Counted from the first letter of the stretch, positions 1 through 9,086 are shown. The stretch: 35,759 bases of DNA from Deltaproteobacteria bacterium (GCA_003647435.1 QMMV01000001.1:1-35759); one strand, 5' to 3'. The notes: generated by a model not told the origin, from the sequence alone. Made by a program: numbers and translations.

Positions 1-1
1 A

Positions 2-163
2 CAGCGCATGAAAAAACTGCGTACTTCAGTAAAAAAGCAGGACATCTACTGGTGGGTGAATTCCTTTCTTCAAGCCGCCATTGCCAAACGCCTGGATAAC
101 TTTCCGATCGTGGAAGACTACCTTGCCTCAAATCAAGCTAGAATAAAAAGCCCTATCCGATAA
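2..163 (+). CDS. 3' end of an unidentified CDS entering from the left edge (53 codons)
   Basis: Frame 2 is open from the window edge to TAA at 161-163. I recognise no motif. Confidence 0.25.
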   Translation, partial: QRMKKLRTSVKKQDIYWWVNSFLQAAIAKRLDNFPIVEDYLASNQARIKSPIR

Positions 164-578
164 GTACAGCTGGCAGCATTCAGCGAAAAAGTAAAGGTTT
201 CTTGCTACGATCAAAAGCCTGGGGGGATTTTCTATAGGTCTTTTTCGTGGAATTCTCGCAGAGCAGGTAGAAAGCTTAATCCGAAAATGGCAAAACGACC
301 CCTAACGCTCAAGGTATTGTTTCATCTTTTTCAAAAAAGCCCATCTTGGGTTAATGGTGGAGACCAGATAACCTTTCCATGTCTATCATATAGAATCAGA
401 CAAATAGCTTAATCGCTATATGGAACAATCCGCTTGTAACTGCGCCACCTACAAGGCCCCAGACAATAACCGATACCACATCCAAGTTGTAATCTCTTTT
501 GGTCATCTTCTTTTCCTTTCTTGTGCATAACAGACAGTTTATGAACGGTTCTTGTTTTCCTTTTACCTTTAGCACAAA

Positions 579-1457
579 TCATTTATTCTCCTCTTTGGCC
601 ATTATCTCCATAAGATATCGGCCATAATCGTTTTTCAACATGTCAGATGCAAGGCTTTTAAGTTCCTCACTGTTAATATAGCCAAGACGATAGGCAATTT
701 CCTCAATACATGAAATCTTGAGCCCTTGCCGCTCCTGAATGGCTTGGACGTAACTGGCTGCTTGCTGCAGGGCTTCGTGGGTTCCTGTGTCAAGCCAGGC
801 AAAGCCTCTTCCCATAAGTTCCACCCTAAGCTCCCCCCTACGAAGATACGCCAAATTAACATCTGTAATCTCAAGCTCTCCACGGTCCGAAGGCTTGAGG
901 TTTTCAGCAATGTTCACCACATCATTGTCATAGAAATAGAGACCAGGTACTGCAAACTTTGATTTGGGCTTCTTCGGCTTTTCTTCGATCCCGATCACTC
1001 TTCCGTGCTGGTCAAACTCCACCACGCCGTAGCGTTCGGGGTCTCGCACCGGGTATCCAAAAATCAGGCCGCCCTTCTTAAGTTGAACGGCCCTCTTTAA
1101 CATCTTGGGAAGCCCATGACCGTAGAATATATTGTCCCCAAGGATAAGGCAGACTGGATCGTCTTCAATGAATGATTTGCCAATGATGAAGGCTTGAGCC
1201 AATCCTTCAGGCCGTGGCTGTTCCTCATATGAAAAGGAGAGTCCCAACTGAGAGCCGTCTCCAAGGAGTTTCTTAAAGTTATGTAAATCCTCGGGCGTAG
1301 AAATGATAAGTATTTCCCGGATCCCTGCCAACATCAGCACAGCCAGCGGATAATAGACCATGGGTTTGTCATACACAGGTAAAAGCTGTTTGCTTACCAC
1401 GTAGGTGATCGGGTAAAGTCGGGTTCCTGAACCACCAGCTAATATTATTCCCTTCAC
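579..1457 (-). CDS. rfbA: glucose-1-phosphate thymidylyltransferase
   Basis: 292 aa. N-terminal [16 protein letters not shown] nucleotidyltransferase signature, and full-length resemblance to RmlA. Last gene of the rfb cluster. Confidence 0.95.
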   Translation of the reverse strand: MKGIILAGGSGTRLYPITYVVSKQLLPVYDKPMVYYPLAVLMLAGIREILIISTPEDLHNFKKLLGDGSQLGLSFSYEEQPRPEGLAQAFIIGKSFIEDDPVCLILGDNIFYGHGLPKMLKRAVQLKKGGLIFGYPVRDPERYGVVEFDQHGRVIGIEEKPKKPKSKFAVPGLYFYDNDVVNIAENLKPSDRGELEITDVNLAYLRRGELRVELMGRGFAWLDTGTHEALQQAASYVQAIQERQGLKISCIEEIAYRLGYINSEELKSLASDMLKNDYGRYLMEIMAKEENK

Positions 1458-1553
1458 CCTTTAGCTCCTTTCTATGAGGCATATATCCAATCGATAGATA
1501 GGGAAAAATGACCCACCTGCTTCCCGCACGCGAAGCGCTCCCAAAAGGCAGAA

Positions 1554-1572
1554 CCCCGCCCTGTGGGCGGGG
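1554..1572 (-). terminator. GC-rich hairpin between rfbD and rfbA (possible attenuator or terminator)
   Basis: Perfect 7-bp stem CCCCGCC/GGCGGGG with a 5-nt loop. On the minus strand it is followed by TTCTGCCTTTTGG. Confidence 0.4.
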
Positions 1573-1631
1573 AGTCTCAATTGTCGTGATTTGGGCAACA
1601 ACCCGTTGAAAGTATACGGAAAACGAACCCG

Positions 1632-2513
1632 TTAGAATGTCTCCATCGCCATGTGCAGTGCATATTTCCAGTCTGGTAAACGAATTCCAAAAGTTTCAAA
1701 AAAGCGGTCACAATTCAAAGACGAAAAGCGTGGACGCTGAGCGGGGCTTGGGAACTCGGCTGTCAGGGCGGGCTGCACATGCTGAACAACCTGCTCTTCC
1801 TGCCGAGGGTCATATTTCAAGATTTCGCGCGCCCATTCCAGCCGGCTGGTATACCCATCTCCAGCTAGATGATACATCCCACGGTACTCAGCCAACCACG
1901 GAACGACATCTTCGCCACCCATCGCCAACACCTGCGCAGTGGCCTCTGCAAGCATGCGGCACCATGTAGGATTGCTCACCTGATCAGTCACAATACGCAG
2001 CGTGGGTTGTTGGCGCGCCCATCGTAGCACTTGGGTCACGAAACTGTCCCGGCGCAGGCTATAAACCCAACTGGTGCGCAAAATCAGATAGGCCCCGCCC
2101 ACCTGATCAATTACCCGTTCCCCCGCTAGCTTGGTCTGCCCATATACGTTTAAAGGGTTAGGCATATCAGTTTCGCAGTAGGGTTCGCCCTTTTTGCCGT
2201 CAAACACATAATCGGTCGAGTAGTGAACAAAGGCAGCGCTGAGGGCCTTGGCTTCCTCAGCCATGATCCCTGGCGCATCGCCATTCACCGCCAATGCCTT
2301 ATCAGGCTCGTTTTCAGCCTGATCCACGGCAGTGTAAGCCGCGGCATTGACGATGATCTGCGGCTGCATCTGACGCATCACCTGTCGCACAGCCCCATCT
2401 TGAGTCAGGTCAATCTGTGAGAAACCCAGAGCAACCACGTCCCCCAAGGTGGCCAACGTCCGGCATAGTTCCCACCCTAATTGTCCGTTTTTACCCAACA
2501 GCAAGATCCGCAT
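1632..2513 (-). CDS. rfbD: dTDP-4-dehydrorhamnose reductase
   Basis: MRILLLGKNGQLGWEL Rossmann N-terminus, RmlD-like over its whole length. The ORF track starts at 2525, but the ATG at 2513 has a GAGAAGG-like SD just upstream. Confidence 0.9.
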   Translation of the reverse strand: MRILLLGKNGQLGWELCRTLATLGDVVALGFSQIDLTQDGAVRQVMRQMQPQIIVNAAAYTAVDQAENEPDKALAVNGDAPGIMAEEAKALSAAFVHYSTDYVFDGKKGEPYCETDMPNPLNVYGQTKLAGERVIDQVGGAYLILRTSWVYSLRRDSFVTQVLRWARQQPTLRIVTDQVSNPTWCRMLAEATAQVLAMGGEDVVPWLAEYRGMYHLAGDGYTSRLEWAREILKYDPRQEEQVVQHVQPALTAEFPSPAQRPRFSSLNCDRFFETFGIRLPDWKYALHMAMETF

Positions 2514-2553
2514 CGGCCTTCTCATGTATGATGAAAAGAAGGATCATCGCCCT

Positions 2554-3636
2554 TTATTGTGCTTCCCGGCTCGCATAGTTGATTTCCAGCCACGCCTGAT
2601 AACCGGGTTGGTTACGAATGGCAGTTACCCATTCCAGGTGATTCAGGTACCATGCCACAGTTTTCAAAAGGCCGCTCTCCAAGGATTGGCGCGGCCGCCA
2701 GCCTAATTCTCGCCGAATTTTGGTGGTATCCATTGCATAGCGCCGGTCGTGCCCCGGGCGATCTTCGACAAATCGGATCAAACTGCGGTGCGGCATGTAA
2801 GCAGAGTCGGGCAAACGCTGATCCAGAATATCACACAACATCTGCACAACGGTCAGGTTGGTCGGTTGGTTGTCGCCACCCATATTGTAAGTTTCCCCTA
2901 GCGTTCCTTGACGGAGTACCATCCAGATCGCTTCGCAGTGATCTTCAACGTATAACCAATCCCGGACTTGTCCTCCATCTCCATAAACAGGTAGCGGGCG
3001 TCCCTCCAAGGCATTCAAAATCGTCAAGGGGATCAACTTCTCAGGGAATTGATAAGGCCCATAGTTGTTTGAGCAATTCGTGATCAAATACGGTAAACCA
3101 TAGGTATGTCCGTAAGCCCGGACCAGGTGATCGCTGGCAGCTTTAGAGGCAGCGTAAGGGGAGTTGGGGGCATACGGAGTCCTTTCGGTCCAGGCTGGTT
3201 CATGGGGTTCCAATGAACCAAATACTTCATCCGTGGATACGTGATGAAATCGCACAGATGCCAAGGGTAAGGCTCTCTCAATCAGCCAGAATTGACGTAC
3301 CACTTCCAATAAGGTAAACGTACCTACCACATTGGTCTGAACGAACTGCCCTGGCCCGAGAATAGAACGGTCAACGTGCGACTCCGCTGCAAAATGCACG
3401 ACCGTATCAATCTGGTAACGGCGCAACAAATCTGCAACCAGATTTCGGTCGCAGATGTTGCCATGGATAAAAACGTGTCGCCCAGGGTCAGGTAAGTCCT
3501 TCAGATTCTCTGAACTGCCCGCATAGGTCAGAGCATCTAGATTGACGATGCGGACTTCAGGTTCGACTTTTAGCAAATAGCGGACAAAATTGGAGCCTAT
3601 AAAACCGGCCCCGCCTGTAACGAGGACATTTTGCAT
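2554..3636 (-). CDS. rfbB: dTDP-glucose 4,6-dehydratase
   Basis: 360 aa. Has VTGGAGFIGSNF and the YAASKAASDHLV (YxxxK) SDR motifs. Confidence 0.95.
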   Translation of the reverse strand: MQNVLVTGGAGFIGSNFVRYLLKVEPEVRIVNLDALTYAGSSENLKDLPDPGRHVFIHGNICDRNLVADLLRRYQIDTVVHFAAESHVDRSILGPGQFVQTNVVGTFTLLEVVRQFWLIERALPLASVRFHHVSTDEVFGSLEPHEPAWTERTPYAPNSPYAASKAASDHLVRAYGHTYGLPYLITNCSNNYGPYQFPEKLIPLTILNALEGRPLPVYGDGGQVRDWLYVEDHCEAIWMVLRQGTLGETYNMGGDNQPTNLTVVQMLCDILDQRLPDSAYMPHRSLIRFVEDRPGHDRRYAMDTTKIRRELGWRPRQSLESGLLKTVAWYLNHLEWVTAIRNQPGYQAWLEINYASREAQ

Positions 3637-3674
3637 GGCCTCCCCTTGTTCGAAGCGCTTATGTGAGGTCGTTT

Positions 3675-3885
3675 CTCAACAGGGTGTTGCCCAAACAAAA
3701 ACTCCTTTGAGCGGTCATTAAAACGTTTTTTGCCAACAAATCTTGGCGAAGCGGAAGATCAGCGACTTCAACTGTTTGAGCCTGAAGGGCGAGTTTTGAA
3801 GTCGCCTGGAGCAAGCCTTAGGTTTGTCAAAAAACGTTTTAGACCAAGCGAGAAGGGATTTGGGCAACAGCCTGTCAGGGCTTAA
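3675..3885. repeat. long nested inverted repeat filling the rfbC-rfbB intergenic region
   Basis: Three nested arm pairs. (1) TGTTGCCCAA at 3686-3695 against TTGGGCAACA at 3860-3869. (2) TAAAACGTTTTTTG at 3719-3732 against CAAAAAACGTTTTA at 3828-3841. (3) GCGACTTCAA at 3762-3771 against TTGAAGTCGC at 3796-3805. Confidence 0.7.
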
Positions 3886-3886
3886 C

Positions 3887-4438
3887 CTATTCAAATACCT
3901 CGGCTTCAGACAGGCGCTTCCCCTTAGCATCCTTGAACGACAAAATTGGGGGTTTCCCATCTACCAAGGGCCAGTCTATCCCGACTTCCGGGTCATTCCA
4001 CAGCAAAGTGCGTTCCCATTTTGGGGCATAGAAATCTGTCGTCTTATACAATGTCTCAGCCCATTCACTCAGCACGTAAAACCCATGGGCAAAGCCGGGC
4101 GGTGTCCACAATTGTGCCCTATTTTGAGCTGAGAGATAGACCCCCACCCATTTTCCGAAGGTAGGCGAACTTCGCCGCAGGTCCACAGCGACATCGTAAA
4201 CCTCGCCCACGACCACGCGTACCAACTTGCCCTGGGTATGGCGGATCTGATAATGCATGCCGCGCAGAATGCCTTGTCGGGAGCCAGAATGGTTATCCTG
4301 GACAAAAGTCGCTGAAATGCCTGCCTCGGCAAACTTTTGCGCTTGATACGATTCCGCAAAAAAGCCGCGTTCGTCTTCAAAAATATCCATTTCAATCAAA
4401 AGGACATCAGGGATTTCAGTCGGTCTAAACTTCATCAA
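3887..4438 (-). CDS. rfbC: dTDP-4-dehydrorhamnose 3,5-epimerase
   Basis: 183 aa, RmlC cupin. Contains RGMHYQ and FAHGF-type motifs. Confidence 0.93.
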   Translation of the reverse strand: MMKFRPTEIPDVLLIEMDIFEDERGFFAESYQAQKFAEAGISATFVQDNHSGSRQGILRGMHYQIRHTQGKLVRVVVGEVYDVAVDLRRSSPTFGKWVGVYLSAQNRAQLWTPPGFAHGFYVLSEWAETLYKTTDFYAPKWERTLLWNDPEVGIDWPLVDGKPPILSFKDAKGKRLSEAEVFE

Positions 4439-4594
4439 AAGTCACCGCGTCAAGACAATTGCAATACAAAAACGAAGAAGTCTCTTTCGGCGGTTAATAG
4501 AATAGGAAAGAGGTGGTTGTGTGTCAACCATAAAGCGGGCAATAGCATGTGCGGCTTCTACGCCCCACGCTCGGAGTTCCAATGAACGGTTTGG

Positions 4595-4783
4595 TCAGTC
4601 TTCTTTTACATGCTCTTCATGTAATTCCCCCTTGTGCCTGGTCCCACAGAAGGGACAGAGTATATCGATCTCTTTTTCATCTCCGATAAACTTTTCGCGC
4701 AACTTTTCCGGCCCCAAAAAACTAATATCACCACATGCACACTGGGGGCACTCGGCCTTGACCGTATATTTTTTCTTGGACAT
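4595..4783 (-). CDS. small zinc-ribbon protein (hypothetical)
   Basis: 62 aa with two Cys pairs, CPQCAC and CPFC. Confidence 0.55.
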   Translation of the reverse strand: MSKKKYTVKAECPQCACGDISFLGPEKLREKFIGDEKEIDILCPFCGTRHKGELHEEHVKED

Positions 4784-4964
4784 TTTTCTCCTCCTTAAAA
4801 AGTGATGGTTGAAAAACTGTCACGATTACTTGCGCGCTTCGCACTATGTTCCACACGCATTCTGACCTTTCGACCCAAGTGCCAAAGAAAAGCGATGTCC
4901 CTTGCCCAGTGAGCCGTTACCCTTCTCTAACCTGAGTCCAATCACTCCTGTTCCGTTATGGCCA

Positions 4965-5339
4965 CTATCCTTTCCACAACCCGTGCAGGTTGCAGTACTC
5001 CCGGGCTGTGACTTGTTCTGCATTGATATTAAAGGTCGTTTCTGGCGTATCTCCAGGCTTCAAAAACTGGAGGTAGACCTTTCCATCATCGATAACTTCG
5101 ATCCATTCAATATAGTGTTTTTCCTCCATTGGATGGGGAACGCTTCCCACCGACACTTTAACACCATCAGCCGTCTTTTCAACCACAGGTACATGCTTCT
5201 CCTTGGAGGCATCGACAGTACCTTCCACAAGAAGTTTCATCGGCTGGTTGCAGCAAACAAGCTCACCCTTGCCCTCATGAAGCACTTCAACCATGTTTCC
5301 ACAAACTTCACACTTGTAGACCTGTAGCCTCTCCGTCAT
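4965..5339 (-). CDS. dfx: desulfoferrodoxin (2Fe superoxide reductase)
   Basis: 124 aa. N-terminal desulforedoxin-like [12 protein letters not shown]...LVCC, and C-terminal SOR motifs ([24 protein letters not shown]). Confidence 0.92.
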   Translation of the reverse strand: MTERLQVYKCEVCGNMVEVLHEGKGELVCCNQPMKLLVEGTVDASKEKHVPVVEKTADGVKVSVGSVPHPMEEKHYIEWIEVIDDGKVYLQFLKPGDTPETTFNINAEQVTAREYCNLHGLWKG

Positions 5340-5354
5340 CTTTGCACCTCCTTA

Positions 5355-5759
5355 TTAAGACTTTGTTCGGCATTTGGATAAAATGCATTCGACCAATTCT
5401 AAAATTTCCTCTCTGCTCGATGAGTCCTTTGAGATAAAATAATTGGCACCGTATTGCTGTGCGGCCTGTCGATATTCCGGCAAGTCATAACTCGTCAGGA
5501 TGATAATGATAACGCTGGAATCATTTGCTCTTATTTTCTCTGTTAGCTTGAGGCCGCTTTCCCCGGGTAACTTGATGTCCATAAAGATGAGGTCAGGCCG
5601 GAAGGTATTGACCTTTTGTAAGGCCTCCTTTGCATCCGCTGCCTCCTCAATCACCATCAAGGGAAATCCTGTACACAAGATCCCTTTAAAGGATTGCCGA
5701 AAAGTGGCGTTGTCCTCGACAATTAATGTCCTAACATCCTGATTCACCCTACTCCTCAT
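5355..5759 (-). CDS. single-domain response regulator (CheY-like receiver)
   Basis: 134 aa. Has LIVEDN, phospho-acceptor context LIFMDIKLPG, and LTS...K receiver motifs. Confidence 0.88.
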   Translation of the reverse strand: MRSRVNQDVRTLIVEDNATFRQSFKGILCTGFPLMVIEEAADAKEALQKVNTFRPDLIFMDIKLPGESGLKLTEKIRANDSSVIIIILTSYDLPEYRQAAQQYGANYFISKDSSSREEILELVECILSKCRTKS

Positions 5760-6090
5760 GTTTGTACGGGTATAAATGCGATGGACCTGAATCTGTCATT
5801 TTGATCCTTTACCGAAGGATATCGACATGGTAAATAGGGTATATACTGTATTTAGGATGGTATTGGACTGTATTTGTAATGACGATGAGATGAGGGTGGG
5901 CAACAGCCCGGGGAAAAGCTATCATATGTCAAGCCTCCCATGGGTTGAACTGCAAAAGCGAGCGCTAACCCCGCAGCTTGCTGCAGGGAGCTTCAATGCT
6001 TTTTGAATACGGCTTATTCGTTTGACCGTATGATGCAAAAAAAAACAGCGAATCGTCATCGCCGAAGACTACACAATACTTAGAGAAGGA

Positions 6091-6693
6091 TTGCGGGTTC
6101 TGGTATGTTCGAATCCAAACCTTGACGTTGTAGGGGAAGCAGAAGACGGCTTTGATGCCATCCGGTGCACTGAGAAACTGGCGCCTGACCTTGTCTTGAT
6201 GGACCTTTCTATGCCAAGGATGAGTGGATTGGATGCGATCACAGAGATCAAGAAGCAATGTCCGGGAACAAAGATTTTGGCCCTGACGGTTCACAACACC
6301 GAGGAATACATCCTTGCAGCCCTTGAGGCTGGCGCCGATGGATATGTCTTAAAGGATGCCAGCCATGCCGAACTCATGATGGCCATAGAAAGCGTCTTAA
6401 GCGGTAAGGCTTATCTAAGTCCTGGGGCATCAGCAAAGGTCATAGAGGGGTACCTGGAAGGAAGAAGGGCCGGGATGAAGTCCCGTTCGTCGTGGGAGAC
6501 CCTTACCCAACGGGAGCGACAGGTCCTCAAGCTCATTGCCGAGGGCTATAAGAACAAAGAGATCGCCGATTACCTTTGTATCAGTGTCAAGACTGTAGAG
6601 AAACACCGGGCCAATCTCATGAAAAAACTGGACCTTCATAATATCTCGGCCTTGACGAGCTTTGCCGCTGAAAAAGGGCTGATTGGCAAGTAG
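6091..6693 (+). CDS. NarL/FixJ (LuxR-type) response regulator, apparently 5'-disrupted
   Basis: Receiver motifs (LVLMDLSMP, ALTVH) plus a C-terminal LuxR HTH (LTQRERQVLKLIAEGYKNKEIA). The same frame stays open back to 6034 and encodes the beta-1 strand QRIVIAEDY, but has no in-frame start codon. See the A9 finding. Confidence 0.85.
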   Translation: MRVLVCSNPNLDVVGEAEDGFDAIRCTEKLAPDLVLMDLSMPRMSGLDAITEIKKQCPGTKILALTVHNTEEYILAALEAGADGYVLKDASHAELMMAIESVLSGKAYLSPGASAKVIEGYLEGRRAGMKSRSSWETLTQRERQVLKLIAEGYKNKEIADYLCISVKTVEKHRANLMKKLDLHNISALTSFAAEKGLIGK

Positions 6694-6869
6694 GCCTTAT
6701 TGTTTGTGGCCATCATCTTTTCCAGGACATCCCTGAAGATCTCTCCTATGAATCTGTATCAGTTCCTTTCTCTCACGAGTCTCACCAGCTCCTCCTCAAT
6801 GTTCATGAGGGCCTTTTGTACTCTAGACATCAATTTTGGGGTGCAAAACTTGAGGTCTCATTTTTTGGG

Positions 6870-6917
6870 ACAATTCCTATTTTTTAACACAATTCCTATT
6901 TTTTAGGACAAGTTCCT
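6870..6917 (+). promoter_or_regulatory. three direct repeats with 19-bp spacing upstream of the 7099 ORF
   Basis: ACAATTCCTATTTTTTA at 6870-6886 and 6889-6905, and a degenerate third copy ACAAGTTCCT at 6908-6917. Confidence 0.5.
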
Positions 6918-7098
6918 GCCGCTCGCTCGGTTGCCAACTCTGCCAAAGCCTTGGTTTTTGGCAAAGATTTAGGGGGATTGCATCAAGGTTTTTCCCGGAC
7001 ACAATGGGAAAACGATTCTGGCATGCCTCATGTATCTATATGTTTACGTCCGTGTTTGTTGCCCCATAAACGCTAAGCGAAAAATGGGAGGTCTTGGC

Positions 7099-7386
7099 AT
7101 GAGGAAACGCAACTGGATCCTTTTTGGAATCGCACTATTCTTGGGAATATTTATTGTGACGGTTAACGCTCAGGCCGGGAGCCCCGAGACTGAGCGGTTG
7201 CTGAAGATTCTCCAAAAACGGGGCATTATCACCCAAGCGGAGGCTATCGCCCTGCTGCAAGAGGTGGAAGCTGGTACGCCTCAGGGTTGTAGCTTTCTAC
7301 GGCGGTATCCTGGTCCTTCCTCCCGAAACGCAAAAAGGCCCATGGTACAGATCAACACACCAAGAGCTAAACTGAAAGGGACGTGA
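7099..7386 (+). CDS. signal-peptide protein, probably the truncated 5' part of an outer-membrane or porin-like gene
   Basis: MRKRNWILFGIALFLGIFIVTVNAQA signal peptide, then a helical segment LLKILQKRGIITQAEAIALLQEVE. After about codon 58 the sequence looks non-protein-like. The track start at 7030 is unlikely to be real. Confidence 0.45.
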   Translation: MRKRNWILFGIALFLGIFIVTVNAQAGSPETERLLKILQKRGIITQAEAIALLQEVEAGTPQGCSFLRRYPGPSSRNAKRPMVQINTPRAKLKGT

Positions 7387-7478
7387 TGTAGAAACTGGCT
7401 GGCGAGAGAAAGAAGGCGTGAAAGAGAAGGGAATTAATCGTAATTTCCCGAAAACAGGGGAACGGCGAGTCCTAAAAA

Positions 7479-7724
7479 TCAGAGTCGCTTTTTTGCAAAG
7501 GCTCGACCAGATGGACTCTTCAAATATGTCTCAAAGTCCAACGCCTGTTTTCGATCAGTGAAAGCAATGGCTGTTTTTATGCGCCACGGCTTGTATTTTA
7601 AAGTATGTGGAACTTGGCCGGAGTTGTGCGATTTCAGGCGTGAATCAAGGTCTTTAGTGAAACCCGTGTAATAATGTTTCGGATCAGACTCGGACTGTAA
7701 AATGTAAACATAATAAAATTTCAT
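7479..7724 (-). CDS. free-standing GIY-YIG nuclease family protein (UPF0213-like)
   Basis: 81 aa. FYYVYIL (GIY), HYYTGFT (YIG), a conserved R/H region (SRLKSHN) and E in ALDFETYLK. Confidence 0.88.
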   Translation of the reverse strand: MKFYYVYILQSESDPKHYYTGFTKDLDSRLKSHNSGQVPHTLKYKPWRIKTAIAFTDRKQALDFETYLKSPSGRAFAKKRL

Positions 7725-8001
7725 TGAGTCCTATTCTTGTAAGGCGTGCCGAGCCGTAGCTTCGAAACAGGAAAAGTATATATTTTATTTGCCCGACTTC
7801 GCCCTTCGGGCTACGTCGCGGCAGCCTTCTCTTCTCAACAAGTTTCGAAGCGAAGGCTGGTGGAGGGCTCGCCGCCTTCCGGAAATCCAGTCTCCCCAGC
7901 GCCGACACATCAAAAACCCTTTATTTACAATTCCTTGAGAGCTTCCAAGTGCCGTTCTCCGCGTCCCGCTGCGGGAAATGTTTTTCTCCACATTTTCCTT
8001 A

Positions 8002-8120
8002 AAACAGAGAATGGACCTGTCTGCGTGTAACGCACAGGCAGGCGTGGGTTCGACCTGTCCCGCCATAGTTCCGCCGCTGCAGGACGACGGCGGATTCCCG
8101 CTGCCATATCAAACGCGGTG
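8002..8120 (+). repeat. structured repeat, copy A (palindromic element + conserved tail)
   Basis: Shares AAACAGAGAATGGA-CCTGYCTG..CAGGCAGG-CGTGGGTTCGACCTGTCCCGCC and the 3' block GGATTCCC..GCCATATCAAACGCGGTG with copy B at 11117-11231. The palindrome itself is at 8016-8042. Confidence 0.85.
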
Positions 8121-8279
8121 ATATCGTAACCCGAGCATGACATATGGACGATAAAGTAGTAATTATTATAACCCTATCTTGCCTTTTCGTCAAAACATTT
8201 TGGATTTGACTTGACATATGACCGATATAGAGCTAATTTTATTACTACCATGTTGGAAATGCGTCAAATGGGTCAGCCA

Positions 8280-9086
8280 ATGAAACTGAATGAATTTCTG
8301 TCGCAGCACGCCGTGTTCACGGTGGACGAACTGGACCGCTTCCTGTCTGCCAGAGGGTCCGGCAAGCCGAACACCCGCAAGTCGCTCCTGACCTACTACC
8401 GCAAACAGGGACGGATAATACCTGTGCGTCGCGGGCTATATGCGACAGTTCCATTGGGTGGCGATCCGGCATCAAGCCCGGTTGATCCCTATCTTGTGGC
8501 GGCTAAGATGACCACGGACGCGGTTCTCGCATACCATACGGCCCTGGAATTTCACGGAAAAGCCTACTCGGTCTATACAAGGCTTTGCTACGTATCCATG
8601 AGCAAATCCCTGCCGCTTACGTTTCAGGCTCACGAATTTGTGCGTGCTCCCGTACCTCATCCCCTCAGGGCGAAGGGTAAGGAGATGTTTGGAGTCACCA
8701 GCCACAAACGGTCCGGGGTGGAGCTTAGGGTAACCAATCTTGAAAGAACCTTCGTCGACGTGCTGGACCGGCCGGACCTGACCGGAAGTTGGGAAGAAAT
8801 ATGGCGGTCCCTGGAATCGGTGGAGTTCTTCGACCTCGATCAGGTCATCGAGTACGTTCTCCTATTGGAGAATGCGACCACCGCCGGAAAGGTGGGTTTC
8901 TTTCTGGAACAGCACAAGGAAACCTTGATGGTTGAAGATGCACACTTGAATCCATTGCGAAAGATGCGCCCCCGGCAGCCTCACTATTTTATCCGCGGTA
9001 AGCGCAAGGGCTGCCAGTGGGTCAAGGACTGGAACCTGCTGATCCCGGTAGAAATCATGAACAAGTCCTGGGGAGAGGTGCTGTGA
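8280..9086 (+). CDS. abiEi: AbiEi-family antitoxin / transcriptional regulator (type IV TA)
   Basis: MKLNEFLSQHAVFTVDEL wHTH-like N-terminus, RRGLYATVP, and AYHTALEFHG C-terminal domain. Its stop overlaps the GTG of the AbiEii fragment (GTGA). Start is uncertain; the ORF is open from 8211. Confidence 0.8.
   Translation: MKLNEFLSQHAVFTVDELDRFLSARGSGKPNTRKSLLTYYRKQGRIIPVRRGLYATVPLGGDPASSPVDPYLVAAKMTTDAVLAYHTALEFHGKAYSVYTRLCYVSMSKSLPLTFQAHEFVRAPVPHPLRAKGKEMFGVTSHKRSGVELRVTNLERTFVDVLDRPDLTGSWEEIWRSLESVEFFDLDQVIEYVLLLENATTAGKVGFFLEQHKETLMVEDAHLNPLRKMRPRQPHYFIRGKRKGCQWVKDWNLLIPVEIMNKSWGEVL

Noticed and set aside
398-508. 36-codon minus-strand ORF, MTKRDYNLDVVSVIVWGLVGGAVTSGLFHIAIKLFV (possible small membrane protein), downstream of rfbA.
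   Set aside because: One hydrophobic helix is the only evidence. There is no clear SD and it is too short to support without comparative or expression data.
3718-3960. 80-aa and 102-aa ORFs in the rfbC-rfbB spacer.
   Set aside because: They coincide with the nested inverted repeat and overlap the rfbC 3' end. Their translations look non-protein-like.
5965-6294. 109-aa minus-strand ORF overlapping the start of the LuxR-type regulator.
   Set aside because: It is antisense to a clear receiver domain, has no motifs, and spans the intergenic promoter region. Judged spurious.
7009-7026. Possible sigma54 promoter, TGGCAT-N5-ATGT, upstream of the 7099 ORF.
   Set aside because: The -12 element (ATGT against consensus TTGC) is poor, and no enhancer-binding protein gene is nearby. 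Too weak to call.
8035-8065. tRNA-like GGTTCGA (T-loop-like) sequence inside structured repeats A and B. I considered a tRNA/tmRNA 3' end acting as an island att site.
   Set aside because: I could not fold the flanking bases into a T-stem or acceptor stem, there is no CCA context, and no cloverleaf is possible. This is not a tRNA or tmRNA fragment.
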